Shown: positions 7,698 through 11,658 of the stretch, one piece after another | How the letters are laid out: each line of letters begins with the position of its first letter | Position numbering within the stretch: position 1 is the stretch's first letter | Sequence record: MK054218.1 | Strand: one strand, 5' to 3' | Length of the DNA: 11,658 bases | Notes under the pieces: generated by a model | Databases searched by the model: none | What the model saw: the letters and a program-made list of their open reading frames with translations, nothing else | Told to the model about the DNA's origin: nothing | Program-made: the position numbers and the translations under genes

Positions 7698-7908
7698 CAT
7701 AGGAGCAATTTTAGGGCTATTCATCTTTATACTTATAGGCATAGTACTATTGCCCGTCATCGTTAGCCAAGTAAATAACTTGACTTCCGGTACTGCACCT
7801 AGCGTAACCGGCACAAACGCCACACTCTTACAACTAGTCCCACTGTTCTATATCCTAGTCTTAATCATAGTCCCCGCCGTAGTGGCGTACAAGATTTACA
7901 AAGAGTAA
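7645..7908 (+). CDS. vp1: Major capsid protein VP1 precursor, 87 aa (14-aa leader, mature protein EATNIG...)
   Basis: KG|[73 protein letters not shown]; two TM helices and two sequons. An in-frame TGA at 7636 bounds the ORF. Confidence 0.97.
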   Translation: MSLVLLQRPKLRKGEATNIGAILGLFIFILIGIVLLPVIVSQVNNLTSGTAPSVTGTNATLLQLVPLFYILVLIIVPAVVAYKIYKE

Positions 7909-8128
7909 AGGTGTGAGGGATGGAAATCAGTTTAAAGCAAATAATTTTTTTGACTATCTTCATCGTTTTAGGTATAGCGTTATTATCGCCAATTGTTAGT
8001 TACGTAAATTTGCTAACCACACCGTCTTTCACAACTGTTTCAGGTACTGTGACGCAAACTAATCCTAACCCGCAATACGTAGGAAGCTCAAACGCACCCA
8101 TCTTACAACTAGTCCCACTGTTCTATAT
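7826..8128 (+). repeat. 28-bp exact direct repeat shared by vp1 (7826-7853) and vp3 (8101-8128)
   Basis: TCTTACAACTAGTCCCACTGTTCTATAT at both sites, 275 bp apart. Confidence 0.95.
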
Positions 8129-8186
8129 ACTTGTACTGATAGTTGTACCGGCGGTTGTAGCGTATAGGATATACAAGTCTGACTGA
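7920..8186 (+). CDS. vp3: Minor capsid protein VP3, 88 aa
   Basis: VP1 paralog sharing [25 protein letters not shown]; RBS GGTGTGAGGG. Confidence 0.95.
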   Translation: MEISLKQIIFLTIFIVLGIALLSPIVSYVNLLTTPSFTTVSGTVTQTNPNPQYVGSSNAPILQLVPLFYILVLIVVPAVVAYRIYKSD

Positions 8187-8187
8187 A

Positions 8188-8204
8188 TAGGCCCTTTATA
8201 AAGT
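8188..8204 (+). promoter_or_regulatory. BRE/TATA promoter TAGGCCCTTTATAAAGT (T9-like), copy 3 of 3
   Basis: Identical 17-mer, about 20 nt before ATG 8225. Confidence 0.88.
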
Positions 8205-8224
8205 CATAATTTTTTCCTCTTTTG

Positions 8225-8473
8225 ATGAGTGCGTTAGGGGATGTAATCTACATTCTAGGCATTCTAATCCCTCTTCTAGGTTTAATCGTAAGGAACTATC
8301 TTATCGATTTATTAGGCTTTATCATGGGTACTATGGGCTTTCTTGTCTTTGTACAGAACTATACGGACATAACGTTCTCGGCGTCAAACTTTTATTTAGC
8401 CCTTCTGCCGTTAGCGTTTGGACTCATGGACTTTGCGTTTTTCTTCAATTGGCTCAAGGAGGAAAGAATATGA
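8225..8473 (+). CDS. Membrane protein (SSV1 A82 homolog), 82 aa
   Basis: MSALGDVIYILGILIPLLGLIVRNYL; 3 hydrophobic segments; first gene of the T9-like operon. Confidence 0.9.
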   Translation: MSALGDVIYILGILIPLLGLIVRNYLIDLLGFIMGTMGFLVFVQNYTDITFSASNFYLALLPLAFGLMDFAFFFNWLKEERI

Positions 8474-8727
8474 TGAGGTGGATGTCAAATGGTCTTGTTA
8501 GTCCCAAAAATATACGCCGAAATAGCCCTAGGTTTCGATTCAATTATGCTCATTACTGCTTTGCTATTCAGAAAGCCAAAGCCCAAGAAAAAACAATCAA
8601 AAGAACAATTGACGAATGGAAAACTTCTAGGGTACTATCTCGTAGGGGGTTCGGCATTAGCCTTACTCGTAGGGCATTATGCCTTCTACACCACTTACGT
8701 AACCTATTTTACGGGATTATTGATTGA
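8473..8727 (+). CDS. Overlapping basic ORF (SSV1 C84-like), 84 aa; expression uncertain
   Basis: Alternative frame overlapping the A92-like gene; start is coupled to the A82 stop. Confidence 0.4.
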   Translation: MRWMSNGLVSPKNIRRNSPRFRFNYAHYCFAIQKAKAQEKTIKRTIDEWKTSRVLSRRGFGISLTRRALCLLHHLRNLFYGIID

Positions 8728-8773
8728 CGCTTTCGTATTTTATCTCGGTTTGGAGGTGTTAAGGCGTGTCTGA
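8489..8773 (+). CDS. Membrane protein (SSV1 A92 homolog), 94 aa
   Basis: RBS GAGGTG 8 nt upstream; TM segments around a Lys-rich loop; stop overlaps the next start. Confidence 0.82.
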   Translation: MVLLVPKIYAEIALGFDSIMLITALLFRKPKPKKKQSKEQLTNGKLLGYYLVGGSALALLVGHYAFYTTYVTYFTGLLIDAFVFYLGLEVLRRV

Positions 8774-9605
8774 CGGTAAGTTAGTTTCCGCATGGGAGGA
8801 AGAGCTTAAGAAAGCTCAGACACTTGATGAGCTAAAGCAAAAATATGAAGAAGTACAAAAGCAGATAGCGGATGGTAAAACGCTAAAGAGATTATACAAA
8901 GTTTATGAGAAAAGGCAAACTGAATTAATGCTACAACAATACAAACAATTGAAAGCGGAATTAGCTCAAAGAAAGAAGGTAAAGAAGAAGGATAAGGCGG
9001 ATATCAGAGTTAAAGTAGTTAAGAAGTGGATTAATTCGCGTCTGTTTACTGCGGAACATTACGTAGCAATGTTACAACAATCAAAGGACGGCTTGCAATT
9101 GTTGTTTATGAGGAAAGCGAAACTGGTGGAAAACCAGGGTTATCTAATGCTAGAGAACCGCAAACTAAGAAAGAGTTGGGTCTTAAACGGTGAACCTTTG
9201 CTACTTGAAAAGAACAAATTCCCGTTTGGGAAAAAGTTTGTGGCCGTTCATTTCGTTTTGCCTGATTATCCTTATACTTTAGATTTGGTAGTAGATGAGA
9301 AGATTAAACAATTAACGCTTAAGACGCTTAACGCACCACAGGTGATCCACAGTATTATCCGTACTAAGTTCTTTGAAGCACTTGCACGGGTAGGCAGTGG
9401 TATCGATTATACTATGCTTATTATAGGCGTTATCATGGGTATCGGGATTGGAGTTGCGATAGGCTTTGGGATTGCAAACGCTAACCTGAGTCACTTACTT
9501 GCTCAACATGTGACAAATAGCACAGTAACGCATACTACTACCACACCGCCTACTACAACTACCAGTCCTTCATTCACTATCCCGGCAAATAGTACAAAGG
9601 GGTGA
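8766..9605 (+). CDS. Core protein (SSV1 B277 homolog), 279 aa: N-terminal coiled coil, C-terminal TM, Thr/Pro tail
   Basis: MSDGKLVSAWEEELKKAQTL...; GTG start with GGAGGTG RBS; syntenic. Confidence 0.92.
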   Translation: MSDGKLVSAWEEELKKAQTLDELKQKYEEVQKQIADGKTLKRLYKVYEKRQTELMLQQYKQLKAELAQRKKVKKKDKADIRVKVVKKWINSRLFTAEHYVAMLQQSKDGLQLLFMRKAKLVENQGYLMLENRKLRKSWVLNGEPLLLEKNKFPFGKKFVAVHFVLPDYPYTLDLVVDEKIKQLTLKTLNAPQVIHSIIRTKFFEALARVGSGIDYTMLIIGVIMGIGIGVAIGFGIANANLSHLLAQHVTNSTVTHTTTTPPTTTTSPSFTIPANSTKG

Positions 9606-9611
9606 ACTGAG

Positions 9612-10070
9612 ATGGCTAAGAAGGCTCAGACGGTTGAAGAATTGAAGAAAGAAAATGAAGAGTTAAAGAACAAGTTGGCAAAGTTAGAGGCGTTAATAAA
9701 CAATCAAGAAGAGGAAGATGAAGAGTTACAAGAGATAGAGAACCCGTATACGGTAACTAATAGAACTATTTCAGAGTTAGTTAGCCCTAAGGATACGATG
9801 TTCTACCTTTCCGGTAACCAGATATCGCTTATACTTACGGCGTTTGAGTTTGCTAAACTTCCTAGTTATTTCGGTGAGGAACCGGTAACGGAACTTGCCG
9901 AGTTTGCCCACAAATTAAAGCATTATCTGGTTAGCAAGGGCGGAAGAGGGCGTAGAGATATACTCAGAGTGCTAAGAGTCAGTTCAGGCCAAACTAGGGA
10001 AAACGTAAACAAGTCTCTCATAAGTAAGATATTGAAGGGGGCGGATATGGATGAAGGGGAAGAAGGTTAA
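9612..10070 (+). CDS. Core protein (SSV1 A154 homolog), 152 aa
   Basis: N-terminal coiled coil and acidic stretch, SKGGRGRRDILRVL motif; directly upstream of the ATPase. Confidence 0.9.
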   Translation: MAKKAQTVEELKKENEELKNKLAKLEALINNQEEEDEELQEIENPYTVTNRTISELVSPKDTMFYLSGNQISLILTAFEFAKLPSYFGEEPVTELAEFAHKLKHYLVSKGGRGRRDILRVLRVSSGQTRENVNKSLISKILKGADMDEGEEG

Positions 10071-10788
10071 GCATATTAATACGGGACAATTAGGCAAGAT
10101 GGTTATCAATGAAATGAAGGATAACGGTTTCCAGAGCATTTTGGTATTTGGCAAACAAGGTGCGGGTAAAACTACGTATGCCCTAAAAGTTGGGACACGA
10201 ATCCTACAGTACTTGTATCCGGATTTGACGGAACATGACGCATGGTGGCAAGCCTATAATTTGATGGTTTTCACATTGGATGAGGCGATAGAAAAGCTCA
10301 TGAGTGTAGTGGAAATGCATGAAAAGGGTAACGTAAACTATAGGTTACCGTTCCTGATCATTGATGACGCTTCAATAGACTTAATCAAGTATGCGTGGCG
10401 TGAAGAACAAAACATTCAGTTTGCAAAACTGAACAACTTAGCAAGGACTTGGAGTGTGGCACTTATCTTTACTACTCCTTGGATAGAGGACATTCAAAAA
10501 TTCTTGAGGGAAAAAGCATGGATAGTAGTTCAAGTGCAAAAGTACGGCTCATCTAAAAACGGCGATTATCCTAAGTCAATAGCATGGATTTACAAGAGGA
10601 CTATTAAACTGATTGACGGGGAATTTAAGGGTAAATATGTGGAAAAATACTACGATATCTTTAGGAGGGAAATGCCGAATGATCTTTACGAAGAGTACAT
10701 AAAGAGAAGAGACGGAGTGATGAAGAGGATAGCTAATGAGGTACTCGCTATAATGCGTGAAAAGTCCTCAAAACTACCGAGTACCTAA
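10051..10788 (+). CDS. P-loop ATPase (SSV1 B251 positional homolog; described as DnaA-like), 245 aa
   Basis: Walker A GKQGAGKT and Walker B FLIIDD; lies between the A154 homolog and int. Confidence 0.9.
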   Translation: MKGKKVKHINTGQLGKMVINEMKDNGFQSILVFGKQGAGKTTYALKVGTRILQYLYPDLTEHDAWWQAYNLMVFTLDEAIEKLMSVVEMHEKGNVNYRLPFLIIDDASIDLIKYAWREEQNIQFAKLNNLARTWSVALIFTTPWIEDIQKFLREKAWIVVQVQKYGSSKNGDYPKSIAWIYKRTIKLIDGEFKGKYVEKYYDIFRREMPNDLYEEYIKRRDGVMKRIANEVLAIMREKSSKLPST

Positions 10789-10828
10789 AGTTGTTTTTCT
10801 TTCAATTCTACGAAAGGTAGGTACTCGG
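10777..10828. terminator. 11-bp inverted repeat enclosing a T-rich tract between the convergent ATPase and int genes
   Basis: CCGAGTACCTA (10777-10787) / TAGGTACTCGG (10818-10828), with TTGTTTTTCTTT in the spacer. Confidence 0.5.
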
Positions 10829-10842
10829 AACGGGTTGAGATT

Positions 10843-11658
10843 TCAAACGTGGGGGACACCCCCACAGTTACTCCTTAACCATTCCGCGTATTTACGATAA
10901 TGTTCTTTCGCAATTCCGAAAAGCGATACGTAATGTTGGGTTAAAATGCGGGTGGGCTTCCTACCCTGGATAAAGTCAATAACGTCTAACGGTATGCCTA
11001 TTTCAGCCATTTTAGACGCGACAAACTTTCTAACATATTTTATCGCAACGGCATCCTTATTTCGTCGCTCAAAATCACTTATCGCCCATTGTGTTATGTC
11101 AACTTTGCGTAACGGCGTTAAGTGGAATACGTAGAAAACGCCTTTATATCCGCGTTGCCATGATAGCGGATAATAGCATAGGAGTGGGGTTGTAGGGGTA
11201 CCCCCTACGTCGCATATATCACGTTCAGGTTCCTTCAAAATGCGGAGTATTTCGCTCAGTCTACTACCGCTCTCTAACGCTAAGCGGTAGACGAGATAGA
11301 CATTTTCGCTATATTCTTTCGCTATTTTGAGCGTGCGTTTGATGTCTTCTAAAGTCGGTATGTAAATATCGGCGTTGGTCTTCTTCACTTTAACGACCTT
11401 TAATATCTTCTCGGCGAAATCGTCACTTATTATTCCGCGTGAGGCTAAGAATTTCGCAAATAGTCTATACGCTTTCTGAGAATTCCTAGTTTCGCGGAAC
11501 GGCTTCGCTAAAGCGGAAACGTACTCTTTAGCCGTCTTTTCTGTTACTTTACGTTCTGTTAGTAACCAATCGTAAAACGCCTTTATGTTGCCTTCCGACG
11601 CATATTGGCGTAAATTGGCAACCAACGCAATTTTACGACGTTCTTCTCTCTCTTTTCC
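10843..11658 (-). CDS. int: Integrase catalytic part, Int(C), SSV-type tyrosine recombinase; frame open to the window end
   Basis: ESGSRLSE (catalytic Arg), KYVRKF (K-x-x-R), QGR, TQHY (catalytic Tyr). The frame extends upstream of the track start 11625 as [12 protein letters not shown]. Confidence 0.97.
   Translation of the reverse strand, partial: GKEREERRKIALVANLRQYASEGNIKAFYDWLLTERKVTEKTAKEYVSALAKPFRETRNSQKAYRLFAKFLASRGIISDDFAEKILKVVKVKKTNADIYIPTLEDIKRTLKIAKEYSENVYLVYRLALESGSRLSEILRILKEPERDICDVGGTPTTPLLCYYPLSWQRGYKGVFYVFHLTPLRKVDITQWAISDFERRNKDAVAIKYVRKFVASKMAEIGIPLDVIDFIQGRKPTRILTQHYVSLFGIAKEHYRKYAEWLRSNCGGVPHV

Noticed and set aside
7632-7823. 63-aa minus-strand ORF
   Set aside because: Antisense to vp1, with no expression signals.
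9312-9494. 60-aa minus-strand ORF
   Set aside because: Antisense within the B277 homolog.
10946-11134. 62-aa plus-strand ORF
   Set aside because: Antisense within the integrase catalytic domain.

Overview
The window is exactly one unit length (11,658 bp) of a fusellovirus (Sulfolobus spindle-shaped virus, SSV-like) genome or provirus, opened at its attachment site. Bases 1-44 are the 3' half of tRNA-Arg(TCG), the att core. The SSV-type tyrosine integrase runs on the minus strand from 237 to 1 and continues in frame from 11658 to 10843 (350 aa when circularised). The SSV1-like core block is complete and collinear: B129 zinc finger, VP4/C792, B78, C166, B115, VP1, VP3, A82, A92/C84, B277, A154 and B251 ATPase. 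There is no VP2. The early region (240-1850) is small and appears scarred. It holds a C-terminal remnant of a Rad3/XPD-type helicase, an N-terminally truncated Cas4-like nuclease, and no recognisable early promoter or regulator block. It also holds the most striking feature: a 228-bp tandem duplication in which each copy carries concentric inverted repeats, and five iteron-like hexamers have switched together from CGACAC to CGTAAC. A secreted 306-aa protein and two small membrane proteins lie between identical 17-bp promoter repeats, a candidate toxin/immunity cassette. Homolog names come from recalled SSV1 sequences and gene order, not from a database search.
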